The translations under genes were made by a program, and so were the position numbers. The notes under the pieces are model-generated. The model ran no database searches and had not been told where the DNA came from. It saw nothing but the letters and a program-made list of their open reading frames with translations. Below, piece after piece: positions 30,628-39,757 of a DNA stretch of 64,000 bases. This DNA comes from Chthoniobacteraceae bacterium (GTDB lineage: Bacteria > Verrucomicrobiota > Verrucomicrobiia > Chthoniobacterales > Chthoniobacteraceae): contig JANNXQ010000232.1 in NCBI GenBank assembly GCA_031409655.1, positions 1 through 64,000 of the forward strand. Reading direction: 5' to 3'. The first letter of the stretch is position 1, and every line of letters starts with the position of its first letter.

Positions 30628-31035
30628 CTACTTCTTCTTCTTGCCCGCGGCCGCGTCAGCACCTGGCTTAGGACGCTTCGCACCGTATTTTGAGCGACTG
30701 CGGCGACGACCGTCCACCCCGAGGGCGTCCAAGGTGCCGCGTACAATGTGGTAGCGGACACCGGGGAGATCCTTCACCCGACCGCCACGGACGAGAACGA
30801 TAGAATGCTCCTGGAGGTTGTGCCCTTCACCAGGGATGTAGGCGATCACTTCGTAGCCATTCGTCAACCGGACCTTCGCCACTTTCCGGAGCGCCGAGTT
30901 CGGCTTCTTCGGGGTGCGCGTCATCACCTGCGTACACACCCCACGGCGAAACGGGCAGTTGGTCATCGCGGGAGATTTCGATTTGACGGAAATCTTTTTG
31001 CGACCCTTGCGGACGAGTTGGTTAATGGTTGGCAT
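30628..31035 (-). CDS. rpsL: 30S ribosomal protein S12
   Basis: [30 protein letters not shown]. Confidence 0.98.
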   Translation of the reverse strand: MPTINQLVRKGRKKISVKSKSPAMTNCPFRRGVCTQVMTRTPKKPNSALRKVAKVRLTNGYEVIAYIPGEGHNLQEHSIVLVRGGRVKDLPGVRYHIVRGTLDALGVDGRRRSRSKYGAKRPKPGADAAAGKKKK

Positions 31036-31137
31036 TTAGGAAAATGGATTTGGCACTGACTTTGCACCCCAACATCCGGGGACTGAAAACCCCGCCGGGG
31101 CGGATTCATCAGACATCCGCCGGGAGCGGGGGGGCGG

Positions 31138-31165
31138 ACATTAGGAGTTTCACTTGGTGGTGCAA
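31138..31165 (-). promoter_or_regulatory. Putative sigma70 promoter of the str superoperon
   Basis: Minus strand TTGCAC-16 nt-TAATGT followed by GC-rich CCGCCCCCC discriminator, about 100 nt upstream of rpsL. Confidence 0.4.
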
Positions 31166-31531
31166 GCAATTTTCCCTTGTTCCGCTTTTTTTCTTTTGCG
31201 CCGCTGTCAGCCACCACCCACTCGTCGAAGCCACCGTCAAAGCGGAGCCGCGAGAGCGAGAGTATTTAACTCACGAGAGCGCGAAAGGGGCGTGATATGT
31301 AGGGAACCGGCGGCAGGGGTGCAAGAGGAGATTTCAAAAACTTTTCAGTCGCGGCTCCCGCGGGATCACGGGCAAGGAAACACCCTCACCTCTCTGCGCT
31401 TCGTACGCTGGAAATCCCGCTTGACCCGCCCGGTCCACTTCACTACGCACGACGGCAAAGGCAAGCGCGGCTCGTTCCCATTGGCTGCGCGGATTGCCTC
31501 CAAACCACAAACCCACAAAGAAAATACCCCA

Positions 31532-31975
31532 ATGAAAAAACTGATCGCATATCTGTCCGTTGCAAGCGTCGCCTTAGCTCTTCCCCTCGGCGCGTTCGCT
31601 GAAGCAAAAAAGCCCGCCGCCACGAAGGCCGCTGACGCGGCCAAGGAAGGCGCCGCGAAGGTCGTCGGAGAACCCAAGTCGATCCCCATGTATTCCCGCG
31701 CCGACTCGATCGACGCCAAGGGGAAAACCTTCACGAACAAGAAGAAGGACGGCACGGAAGTGAAGCACGTCATTACGGACAAAACGGAGATCAAGAACGG
31801 CGAGGCCGCAGCGAAACTCGCCGATATCAAGGTCGGCGACTACGTCAGCGGTTCGCGCCTCAAGAAGAGCGACACCGAGTATGAGGTCGTCAAGATCACG
31901 AAATTTGGCCCGCCTGCACCGAAGAAGCCGAAGGCGGAAGGTGACGCGAAGCCGACGGAGAAAAAGGCGAACTAA
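31532..31975 (+). CDS. Hypothetical secreted Lys-rich protein (small beta-barrel, DUF5666-like)
   Basis: Signal peptide MKKLIAYLSVASVALALPLGAFA; T.I...G....LADIKVGDYV motif. Confidence 0.7.
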   Translation: MKKLIAYLSVASVALALPLGAFAEAKKPAATKAADAAKEGAAKVVGEPKSIPMYSRADSIDAKGKTFTNKKKDGTEVKHVITDKTEIKNGEAAAKLADIKVGDYVSGSRLKKSDTEYEVVKITKFGPPAPKKPKAEGDAKPTEKKAN

Positions 31976-32013
31976 AAGTTTCTCTCCCGCTCCCGGAGCG
32001 GTGAGCAATTCTC

Positions 32014-32055
32014 AAAAACCGGCACCTGGCTCACGCTAGGTGCCGGTTTTTTTTT
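32014..32055. terminator. Bidirectional intrinsic terminator
   Basis: aaaaa-ccggcacctggc-tcac-gctaggtgccgg-ttttttttt between convergent genes. Confidence 0.85.
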
Positions 32056-32073
32056 GCGCGTCAGGGAGTCACA

Positions 32074-32649
32074 CTAGGCGCTGGCTTCCGGCGAAAACCG
32101 CTGAAAGCGGAAGCGCTCGTCGTAGCGTCCGCGATTGTGCAAACGGCAGCAGGCGAGGCACGCGGACTTCCGGCGCAGGGGACGGACGCGCCCGATGACG
32201 ATGGTGCAAATCGGGCAGCGGTAGTGGTGCGTGGGGCGCAGACGGCGGGTCGGGAGCGGGAGGTTGTGGCAGCGTTTTTCGTCCACTAAACCGAGGGCGA
32301 GGCACGCGCGCTGCCACTCCAGGCCATGAGGGGCGATGCGGCGGCGTCCGGCGCGTTCGTGGGCGAGAAGGTGGGCGAGTTCGTGGCGCAGGGTGCGGTC
32401 GATTTCCTCCCAGCCAAACTCCACGAGGCGCGGGTTGAGCGTGACGAGCGACTTGGTGGCTGACGCCATCCCGGCGGTGCTGCGCATCCGCGGATTCCAG
32501 CGCACCTGCACGCGCCCCCCGAGGCCCGCGCTGCCCGCGGTGCGCAGGAGTTCCCGCGCCAGTCGTTCCAGCGGCTTGGTGTCCGTCGGGTCGATCGGAA
32601 GGTGCGTGGGCGCGGTGAGGTCGCGGAGGAAATCGAGTTGATGAGTCAT
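32074..32649 (-). CDS. SprT-like zinc metalloprotease
   Basis: RMRSTAG, TLRHELAH (HExxH), PHGLEW, C-terminal CPIC..CLAC zinc ribbon; ATGA-coupled to upstream gene. Confidence 0.85.
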   Translation of the reverse strand: MTHQLDFLRDLTAPTHLPIDPTDTKPLERLARELLRTAGSAGLGGRVQVRWNPRMRSTAGMASATKSLVTLNPRLVEFGWEEIDRTLRHELAHLLAHERAGRRRIAPHGLEWQRACLALGLVDEKRCHNLPLPTRRLRPTHHYRCPICTIVIGRVRPLRRKSACLACCRLHNRGRYDERFRFQRFSPEASA

Positions 32650-33791
32650 GCGTTGGCGGACTGCGGAGCGAGTCGGGAGAAGATCTCTGGCAGCAACTGG
32701 ATTACTTCGTCGATCGCCCGCGCGGCAGTTTCCTTTCCCAGCGAAAAGCGGACCGTCGCGCGAGCCAATTCCGGCGCGACTCCCATGGCCAGCAGCACGT
32801 GCGATGGCGCGATGGAACCGACCATGCAAGCGGAGCCGCTCGATGCGCAGATGCCCGCGAGATCGAGATTCATCAGGAGACTTTCGCCGTCGAGGCCGGG
32901 GAAGCTGACGTTGAGCGTGTTGGCCAGAGATTCGGCGGGCTCGCCGTTGCGCACGGCTGGAGGAAAAGCGGCCCGGACACCTGCCCAAAGCTGCTCGCGC
33001 AAGCCACCCAACCGAGCGGCTTCCGCCTCAAGATCACGCACCGCCTGCTCCGCGGCGCAGGCGAGGCCGACGATGGCCGCGACGTTCTCCGTGCCAGCGC
33101 GCCGTTCGTTTTCATGGGAGCCGCCGACCTGCAGCCGCTCGATGGCGATTCCCGCTCCGAGGAAGAGCACCCCGGCGCCTTTCGGTCCGTAAAATTTGTG
33201 CGCCGCCAGCGAGAGCGCGTCGAAGTCCCGGGCCGTGATCGCCTCCTTCCCGAAAGTCTGGATCGCGTCGCTGTGGAAAAGCACGCCGCGCTCGCGACAC
33301 AACGCCGCAATCTCCCGCACGGGCTGGCGCACACCGGTCTCGTTGTTCGCGCTCATGATGGAGACGAGCGTCGTCTCGTCGGTGAAGGCATCGCGGAGTT
33401 GCTGCAAATCCACACGCCCGCGCGCATCCACGGGCAGCCACGTCACGCGGAAGTTTTCCTTTTTCTGCAAATGCTCGAAGGCGTGCAGCACCGCGTGATG
33501 CTCCGTGACGCAAGTGACGACGTGCCTCCCCTGCTCCGCCCGCGCTCGCGCCAGACCGATGATCGCCAGATTATCCGCCTCCGTGCCGCCGCTCGTGAAG
33601 ATGATCTCATGCGACTTCACGCCGAGCACCCGCGCCATCCGATCGCGCGCCTCGTCAATCGCCGCCCGCGTCTCGCGGCCCGCGGCGTGGATGCTGGAGG
33701 GATTGCCAAAGTGCCGCTCGAGGTACGGCCGCATCGCCTCGAGCACCACTGGAGCGAGCGGGGTCGTGGCGTTGTAGTCGAGGTAGATCAC
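32646..33791 (-). CDS. Cysteine desulfurase (IscS/NifS group I)
   Basis: IYLDYNATT, TSGGTE, AHKFYGPKG, SSGSAC. Confidence 0.93.
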   Translation of the reverse strand: MIYLDYNATTPLAPVVLEAMRPYLERHFGNPSSIHAAGRETRAAIDEARDRMARVLGVKSHEIIFTSGGTEADNLAIIGLARARAEQGRHVVTCVTEHHAVLHAFEHLQKKENFRVTWLPVDARGRVDLQQLRDAFTDETTLVSIMSANNETGVRQPVREIAALCRERGVLFHSDAIQTFGKEAITARDFDALSLAAHKFYGPKGAGVLFLGAGIAIERLQVGGSHENERRAGTENVAAIVGLACAAEQAVRDLEAEAARLGGLREQLWAGVRAAFPPAVRNGEPAESLANTLNVSFPGLDGESLLMNLDLAGICASSGSACMVGSIAPSHVLLAMGVAPELARATVRFSLGKETAARAIDEVIQLLPEIFSRLAPQSANA

Positions 33792-33863
33792 TGGCGAAAC
33801 AATGACACCGGGGAGCCCGACGGCGTCACGAAACTTTTCGCCGACCGCGCGTCGTCACATTGC

Positions 33864-34772
33864 TCAGATCACCCAATCCTGCACCCAGCCCTCGGGCCGA
33901 TTGTCCTTATCGAGGATGCGCAGTTCCTTCCCCTCGGCGAGGACGAGCGAACGCGGCGGCACGCTGTGCGTGAGGAAGACATTCGCGCCGATCGTGGAGC
34001 CCGCGCCGATGATGGTATCGCCGCCCATGATCGTGGAGCCAGCGTAGATCGTCACGCTGTCCTCCACGGTCGGGTGGCGCTTTTTCCCCTTCAGCGCCTG
34101 GCCTCCGGCGAGCGAACGCGCGATGAGCGAGACCCCTTGGTACATCTTCACATGCTCCCCGATCACGGAGGTCTCGCCGATCACGACGCCCGTGCCGTGA
34201 TCGATGAAAAAGTGCGAGTGAATGTGCGCGCCGGGATGGATGTCGATGCCCGTACGGCTGTGCGCCCACTCCGTCATCATGCGCGGGATCAGCGGCACTG
34301 CGTGGCAATAGAGCATGTGGGCCGAGCGCTGGATGGCGATGGCCTCGAGATACGGATACGCGAGGATGATCTCCGACGTGCCACCCGCCGCCGGATCGCC
34401 CTGAAAGGCTGCCTGCACATCGGTATGCAGGAGTTCGCGGACGTGCGGCACGGTGCTGAGAAATTGGAAGATGATCTCCTGCGCGCGCTCCCGCGGGCAG
34501 CCCGGTTCGCCGAGGCGCAGGCTCTTGCAGACTTCATCCGCGAGCCGGTCCGCGATGGAAAAGACCCGGTGCTGCGTGACCCGGCGGAGGTGCTGGGAGT
34601 GGATCGGCTCCTGATCGTGGAAGCCCGGGAAAAGCAGTTGCAGCAAGTCTTCGCAGATCGTGGCGATGGCGCGCTTCGAGGGCAGATTCGAGCCGTCGAT
34701 ATTATTCATCCCGCCAGCGGTCTGGTAGGAATGGAGGATCTGATCGGTGAGCGGATGGAGGTCTTTGTCCAC
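33864..34772 (-). CDS. cysE: Serine O-acetyltransferase
   Basis: GDPAA, TGIDIHPGA, FIDHGTGVVIGET, KRHPT; GTG start inferred. Confidence 0.88.
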   Translation of the reverse strand: MDKDLHPLTDQILHSYQTAGGMNNIDGSNLPSKRAIATICEDLLQLLFPGFHDQEPIHSQHLRRVTQHRVFSIADRLADEVCKSLRLGEPGCPRERAQEIIFQFLSTVPHVRELLHTDVQAAFQGDPAAGGTSEIILAYPYLEAIAIQRSAHMLYCHAVPLIPRMMTEWAHSRTGIDIHPGAHIHSHFFIDHGTGVVIGETSVIGEHVKMYQGVSLIARSLAGGQALKGKKRHPTVEDSVTIYAGSTIMGGDTIIGAGSTIGANVFLTHSVPPRSLVLAEGKELRILDKDNRPEGWVQDWVI

Positions 34773-34942
34773 GGGTTTTCGGAGGAGAAAGGTCGAGTGG
34801 TCGTGGAGGAATGTCGAGCCCGGCCCGAAGCCGCCCCATCGGACCGGCGTGACAATTTCCAACCCAAGGTGGCGACTGGCCCGCGAAAAGCTAATCTTGA
34901 ATTCTGCTCACCGACCCCACTCTACTCTTTGCGGCCTTTCCC

Positions 34943-35746
34943 ATGCATTCCCGCTCGTCGTCCACCCCCAAAACCTCCCACCACTCCGCGACGGGTGCGT
35001 GGCTCAGTCACCCTGGACGGAGGCGCCGCGCCAATGAAGACGCCTGCCTCGCGGGCGACGTGCTTTCAAAAACTAGCAGCGACAAGGCCACTGCGCTCAC
35101 GATCGCGGGACCGCCGTGGATCGTCGCCGTGTCGGACGGCATCGGCGGACATCACGCCGGCGCAGAAGCGAGTCAGGAGGTCGTGGAAGCCCTCGCCGCG
35201 TGCTCGCCGATCACCCCCGGTGGCGTGAGCGAGCTGCTGGCGAAAGTGAGCCGCAAGCTCTGCGATCGCGGACGCCGCGACCCGGAGTGCGCCGGCATGG
35301 GCGCGACCATCGCAGGCCTCGCCAGCGGCGCGCGCGGGCTCTTCGCTTTTAATGTCGGCGACTCGCGCGTTTACAAATTCTCCCGCCAAAAACTCACGCA
35401 AGTGACGCGCGACGACTCCGAGGCCGAGGAACTCATCCGCGCCGGCCTCATCGATCGCGACGCCGTCCGTCCCGGCTATCTGCACGCCCTCACCGCGGCC
35501 ATCGGCGGTCGCATGGAGGAGGTGAAAGTGCGCACGCACATCTATCCGCTCAGCGTCGCCACTCACGCCCGCTTCCTCGTCTGCAGCGACGGGGTCACCG
35601 ATATGCTGCCGCAGACCGTGCTTCAGGAAGTGCTCGACGAGGAAGCCGAACCGCGCGCCGCCGTGGAGCGCATTTTCCACCTCGCGATGGAGGCGGGCGG
35701 AAATGACAACATCACGCTCGCCGTGGTGGATGTCGTGAACGGCTGA
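34943..35746 (+). CDS. PP2C-family Ser/Thr phosphatase
   Basis: NEDA, VSDGIGGH, NVGDSR, CSDG, GGNDNIT. Confidence 0.9.
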   Translation: MHSRSSSTPKTSHHSATGAWLSHPGRRRRANEDACLAGDVLSKTSSDKATALTIAGPPWIVAVSDGIGGHHAGAEASQEVVEALAACSPITPGGVSELLAKVSRKLCDRGRRDPECAGMGATIAGLASGARGLFAFNVGDSRVYKFSRQKLTQVTRDDSEAEELIRAGLIDRDAVRPGYLHALTAAIGGRMEEVKVRTHIYPLSVATHARFLVCSDGVTDMLPQTVLQEVLDEEAEPRAAVERIFHLAMEAGGNDNITLAVVDVVNG

Positions 35747-35749
35747 GCT

Positions 35750-36310
35750 TCAGCTCTGCCCGATCTCGTCCGGCGCTTCCGCGACGAGCCGGAACCACGG
35801 CCCGAAGCCGCTCGTCAGATCGCGCCAAAGCGTCGGGCACCTTTCGTACTCTAGTACATCGACCGCCGGTTTTTGCACCAGCCACGCCCGCTGCGCGAGT
35901 TCGCCCTCGAGCTGCCCCTTGCTCCAGCCCGCGTAGCCAATGAAGGGGCGCACGATGGTCGCTTCGTCCTCCACCATCCGCTGCGCTTCATCCAGCAGCA
36001 GATGGTGCCGGCACTCCATGCGCTCCGTCTCGGGATGCCATTTGAAAGAGGCAAAGATGAGCTGATCCGTGGACACCGGCCCCCCGAGGAAGACGGGCAC
36101 CAGCGCGAGCGCCCCGAGATCCTTCCCGGGGAGCAGCTCCGCCACGGTGCGGCCCGCAGGCCGGTTCAGGGTGAGCCCGAAGGAGCCCTCCTCGGCGTCG
36201 TTCGTCGAGAGGAAGAGGACGGTTTTTCGAAAGTTCGGATCGAGCAGACTCGGGTGCGCGATCAGGAGCGAGCCTCCGAGAGTGAGCGATGCAGGGCCAA
36301 ATTCACGCAC
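35750..36310 (-). CDS. YqgE/AlgH family protein
   Basis: LLIAHP.L.DPNF, GGPV, GYAGWSKGQLEGEL. Confidence 0.9.
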   Translation of the reverse strand: MREFGPASLTLGGSLLIAHPSLLDPNFRKTVLFLSTNDAEEGSFGLTLNRPAGRTVAELLPGKDLGALALVPVFLGGPVSTDQLIFASFKWHPETERMECRHHLLLDEAQRMVEDEATIVRPFIGYAGWSKGQLEGELAQRAWLVQKPAVDVLEYERCPTLWRDLTSGFGPWFRLVAEAPDEIGQS

Positions 36311-36367
36311 GGCTCGAAAGTAAAAGCCTCAAAGCAGAGCGCAAGGTCGGAGTAAGGAATGGGGAGA

Positions 36368-36448
36368 GGAGTCAGGTGTCAGGTGTCGGGAGGCCGTGCC
36401 TCGCCTGACTCCTGACCTCTGCCTCCTGCCTCCTGCCTCCTGACCCCT
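36368..36448. repeat. Inverted tandem-heptamer repeat (CCTGMCT-type) in the divergent intergenic region before thiG
   Basis: ggagtca ggtgtca ggtgtcg ... cctgact cctgacc tctgcct cctgcct cctgcct cctgacc. Confidence 0.7.
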
Positions 36449-36498
36449 TCCCCTTTTTCCGTGTCTCGCAGGCAAAGTTTGTTACCTTGCGCCGCCTC

Positions 36499-37302
36499 AT
36501 GCCCCAAGCCTCCACGCCCCTCATCATCGCCGGTCGCGAGATTCGCTCGCGGCTCCTGCTCGGCACGGGGAAATTTTCCTCAAATGAGAGCATGGCCGCC
36601 GCGCTCGAGGCCAGCGGCTGCGAACTCGTGACGGTGGCCCTGCGCCGCGCGGACCTCTCCGGAAAGCGCGACCCTTTCGCGAACATCCTCGAATTCATCG
36701 ACCCCGCGAAATATCTCCTGCTGCCGAATACGAGCGGCGCGATGACGGCCGACGAAGCCGTGCGCCTCGCCCGCCTCGCCGTCGCCGCGGGCCTGCCCAA
36801 TTGGGTGAAACTCGAGATCCATCCCGACCCGCGTTACCTCCTCCCCGATCCCATCGAGACGCTGAAGGCCGCCACGCAGCTCGTGAAAGAAGGCTTCGTC
36901 GTCCTTCCTTACATCAACGCCGATCCCGTGCTCGCGAAGCGCCTCGAGGACATCGGCACTGCCACCGTCATGCCGCTCGGCTCGCCCATCGGCAGCAATC
37001 GCGGCCTCGAGACCCGCGGGCAACTCGCCATCATCATCGAGCAGGCGACCATCCCCGTGGTCATCGACGCCGGCATCGGCGCGCCCAGCCAGGCCGCGGA
37101 AGCCCTCGAAATGGGCGCCGACGCCGTGCTCGTGAATACCGCCATCGCCATCGCCTCAGATCCGGTGCGCATGGCCCAGGCTTTCCGCCAGGCCGTGGAA
37201 GCCGGGCGCACCGCTTACGAGATCGGTCTTGCCGAGCGCCTCGACCAGGCCTCCGCCACCAGCCCGCTGAGCGGCTTCCTCGCGTCTCTCCCTTCGTCAT
37301 GA
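36499..37302 (+). CDS. thiG: Thiazole synthase
   Basis: [34 protein letters not shown]. Confidence 0.95.
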   Translation: MPQASTPLIIAGREIRSRLLLGTGKFSSNESMAAALEASGCELVTVALRRADLSGKRDPFANILEFIDPAKYLLLPNTSGAMTADEAVRLARLAVAAGLPNWVKLEIHPDPRYLLPDPIETLKAATQLVKEGFVVLPYINADPVLAKRLEDIGTATVMPLGSPIGSNRGLETRGQLAIIIEQATIPVVIDAGIGAPSQAAEALEMGADAVLVNTAIAIASDPVRMAQAFRQAVEAGRTAYEIGLAERLDQASATSPLSGFLASLPSS

Positions 37303-37934
37303 AAATCGCCCCTTACCTGCTGGCCATTCTCCTCTCCCTGGCCGCACCTCTCTGCCTCCTCGCCGGGCCGACCCCCGAGGAAGTCGCCCTCCGTCACCTC
37401 AGCGCTACCAAAGAAGCAAACTGGGGCGACTACACCGACAGCCTGCACCCCAGCGCCCTCAAACGTTTCAAGGAAATGATGATCCCCGCTGCCGAGGCCG
37501 CCCAAGCTGCCGGCGATCTGCCTGCGGCAAAAAGCATCCTCGAACGCGTCTTCGCAAATGCGGACATCGCCAGCCTCAAAGCCGCGCCCCCCGCCGAGTT
37601 CTTCAAGACCTTCATCACCAACTGGGCCGCAAAAAACCGCGGCTTCAGCCAGACAATGAAGAACGCCAACATCCAAATGCTCGGCCACGTCAACGAAGGC
37701 AACAAACAGGGGCACGCCATCTACCGCATGACCATCCCCGCCGGCACCGCCAAGGTCACGAAAGTCGAAGTCATCAGCCTCGAAAAAGACGGCGACGCCT
37801 GGAAATGCCAGCTCAGCAGCGAACTCGAAAACCTCGCCAACTCGCTGTTGCGGCAGTTGAAGGCGAAACCCGAGCAGCCCGCACCTCCGGCAACTCCTCC
37901 ACCGCCACCAGTTCCCGCAAAACCCGCCAAGTAA
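37299..37934 (+). CDS. Hypothetical secreted protein (NTF2-like pattern, Pro-rich tail)
   Basis: Signal peptide; LEKDGDAWK near the C-terminus; ATGA overlap with thiG. Confidence 0.65.
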   Translation: MKIAPYLLAILLSLAAPLCLLAGPTPEEVALRHLSATKEANWGDYTDSLHPSALKRFKEMMIPAAEAAQAAGDLPAAKSILERVFANADIASLKAAPPAEFFKTFITNWAAKNRGFSQTMKNANIQMLGHVNEGNKQGHAIYRMTIPAGTAKVTKVEVISLEKDGDAWKCQLSSELENLANSLLRQLKAKPEQPAPPATPPPPPVPAKPAK

Positions 37935-37942
37935 CGATCGCC

Positions 37943-38731
37943 ATGCCTCTCCTCGAAGTCCGCAATCTCCGCACTTGGTTCCCCGTCCGCACTGGCCTGC
38001 TCCGGCGGCACACGGATGATGTGAAAGCAGTGGACGATGTGAGCTTCGCCGTCGAAGCCGGGACCACGGTCGGGCTCGTCGGCGAGAGCGGCAGCGGGAA
38101 GACGACGATCGGGAAGACGATCCTCAAACTCGTGGAGCCGAGCAGTGGTGAAGTTTTCTTCAACGGACGCGACACCGTCCCGCTCACCCAAAACGAATTC
38201 CGTCCACTGCGGCGCGAGATCCAGATGATCTTCCAGGATCCCTTTGGCTCCCTGAATCCGCGGCACACCATCCGGCAGATTGTCGGCGAGGCGCTGGAGA
38301 TTCACTTTCCGCAGATGAACTCCGGCGACCGCCGCGACCGCGTCGCCGAGCTGCTCCGCCAGGTGGACCTCAAGCCCGAGATGATGGAACGCTACCCGCA
38401 CGAATTCAGCGGTGGCCAGCGGCAGCGCATCGGCATCGCCCGCGCCCTCGCCGTGAAGCCGCGCTTCATCGTCTGCGACGAACCCGTGAGCGCGCTCGAT
38501 GTCAGCGTCCAGGCGCAGATCGTCAATCTCCTGCAAGACCTGCAAGCCGAACTCGGCCTCACCTACCTTTTCATCGCCCACGACCTCGCGGTGGTGGAGC
38601 ACATCAGCGATCATGTCCTCGTCATGTATCGCGGCAAAATCGTCGAGAGCGCCCCCGCCGAAGCCATCTACGAAAACCCGCAGCACGACTACACCCGCAA
38701 GCTCCTCGCCGCGGTCCCGAAGTTCGCGTGA
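37943..38731 (+). CDS. Oligopeptide/dipeptide ABC transporter ATPase (OppF-like)
   Basis: [39 protein letters not shown]. Confidence 0.92.
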   Translation: MPLLEVRNLRTWFPVRTGLLRRHTDDVKAVDDVSFAVEAGTTVGLVGESGSGKTTIGKTILKLVEPSSGEVFFNGRDTVPLTQNEFRPLRREIQMIFQDPFGSLNPRHTIRQIVGEALEIHFPQMNSGDRRDRVAELLRQVDLKPEMMERYPHEFSGGQRQRIGIARALAVKPRFIVCDEPVSALDVSVQAQIVNLLQDLQAELGLTYLFIAHDLAVVEHISDHVLVMYRGKIVESAPAEAIYENPQHDYTRKLLAAVPKFA

Positions 38732-38767
38732 AGATCACGCCCGCCGCGGGACGGTAGCTCCCCTTGC

Positions 38768-39682
38768 TTACGGCTTGGTAATCTCGACCTGGTAAAATTT
38801 CATCGCGCCGCTCGCACTCAGGTCGGTGACGGTGCGCTCCTGAGGATTCACGGTGCTGTCGGTGAAAGTGAAGCCGACGAGCGGGACAAAGGCGCCGGTG
38901 AGCAGACTGGGCTTGGCCTTCACGACGTAGGCGCGGTCGGCGAAGCGCGGGCTGAAGATCAGGTTTTTCCGATTCGGCTCGCCCGGGACTTTTTCGATGC
39001 GCAGGCGGAAGAAGGAGTTGGCGTCGGTAGGGATGAGGCCGGCGGTGTATTCGAACGCGTTGGTCTGGCCGTCGCGGTCTGGATCGACGAGCGGGCCGGC
39101 GAGCGCATTCGGCGGCTGACCGAAGTATTGCGCCTGCCACGCATCATCCAATCCATCGCCAGCGTAGGCGCCGAAGTTGTCGAGGTTCACGTTCAGCACG
39201 GTGAGCGGGAGGGTGCTGCTATAGATGCCGGAGACGCCCTGGGCGGTAGCGGCGGTGGCTTGATAGACGAGGCCTGCGGTGGCCAGCCCGCCGGCATCGA
39301 TCCCGGTGAGCGGACCGGCGGCCACGCTCCAGGAGATGGAGTTCGCAGGCACTGCGAGCGTCGTAGCATCGTCGAGGAGTTGCGCAGCGCTGAGTTGCAA
39401 CGTGCCTCCTTCGTTCACCGTGGTCGGGGTGGCGCTGAGTCCGAGACCGGTCACATCGTAGAGCTGGCCGATGTAGCCGTGCTTCACGGTCTTGGCGGGC
39501 GTGGCGACATTAGAGATGCCGACGATGCCTCCGATGCTCCCGTCATTCGTGTAACTCGCGCTCGTTGCGCGACGACCTCCAGAGTCGGTGACTTCGGTGA
39601 TGATGCTATAGTTTGTGGAAGCTCGGGAGCCAGCATGAGCGACGGCGGCGCTGAGCAGGATGAGCAGGGCGGATAATTTCAT
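38768..39682 (-). CDS. Secreted protein: Gly/Ser N-domain, Ig-like segment, DxDxDG motif and C-terminal FY-type domain
   Basis: Signal MKLSALLILLSAAVAHA; STNYSI..EV.DSGG..ATSASY; DPDRDGQTNAFEY; ends KFYQVEITKP. Confidence 0.75.
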   Translation of the reverse strand: MKLSALLILLSAAVAHAGSRASTNYSIITEVTDSGGRRATSASYTNDGSIGGIVGISNVATPAKTVKHGYIGQLYDVTGLGLSATPTTVNEGGTLQLSAAQLLDDATTLAVPANSISWSVAAGPLTGIDAGGLATAGLVYQATAATAQGVSGIYSSTLPLTVLNVNLDNFGAYAGDGLDDAWQAQYFGQPPNALAGPLVDPDRDGQTNAFEYTAGLIPTDANSFFRLRIEKVPGEPNRKNLIFSPRFADRAYVVKAKPSLLTGAFVPLVGFTFTDSTVNPQERTVTDLSASGAMKFYQVEITKP

Positions 39683-39757
39683 GGGACGGTTCCTTTCAAG
39701 ATGGAAGTTTCGGGTGCGTGGGCGGACCCATTTTTCGGAGATAGATCGATCGCGCAG

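Noticed and set aside
31036..31531. tRNA or riboswitch in the intergenic region upstream of rpsL
   Set aside because: No cloverleaf, T-loop GTTCRA in tRNA context, or recognisable aptamer; treated as a divergent promoter region.
36311..36498. TPP riboswitch upstream of thiG
   Set aside because: The conserved CTGAGA and downstream aptamer core were not seen; the region is occupied by heptamer repeats.
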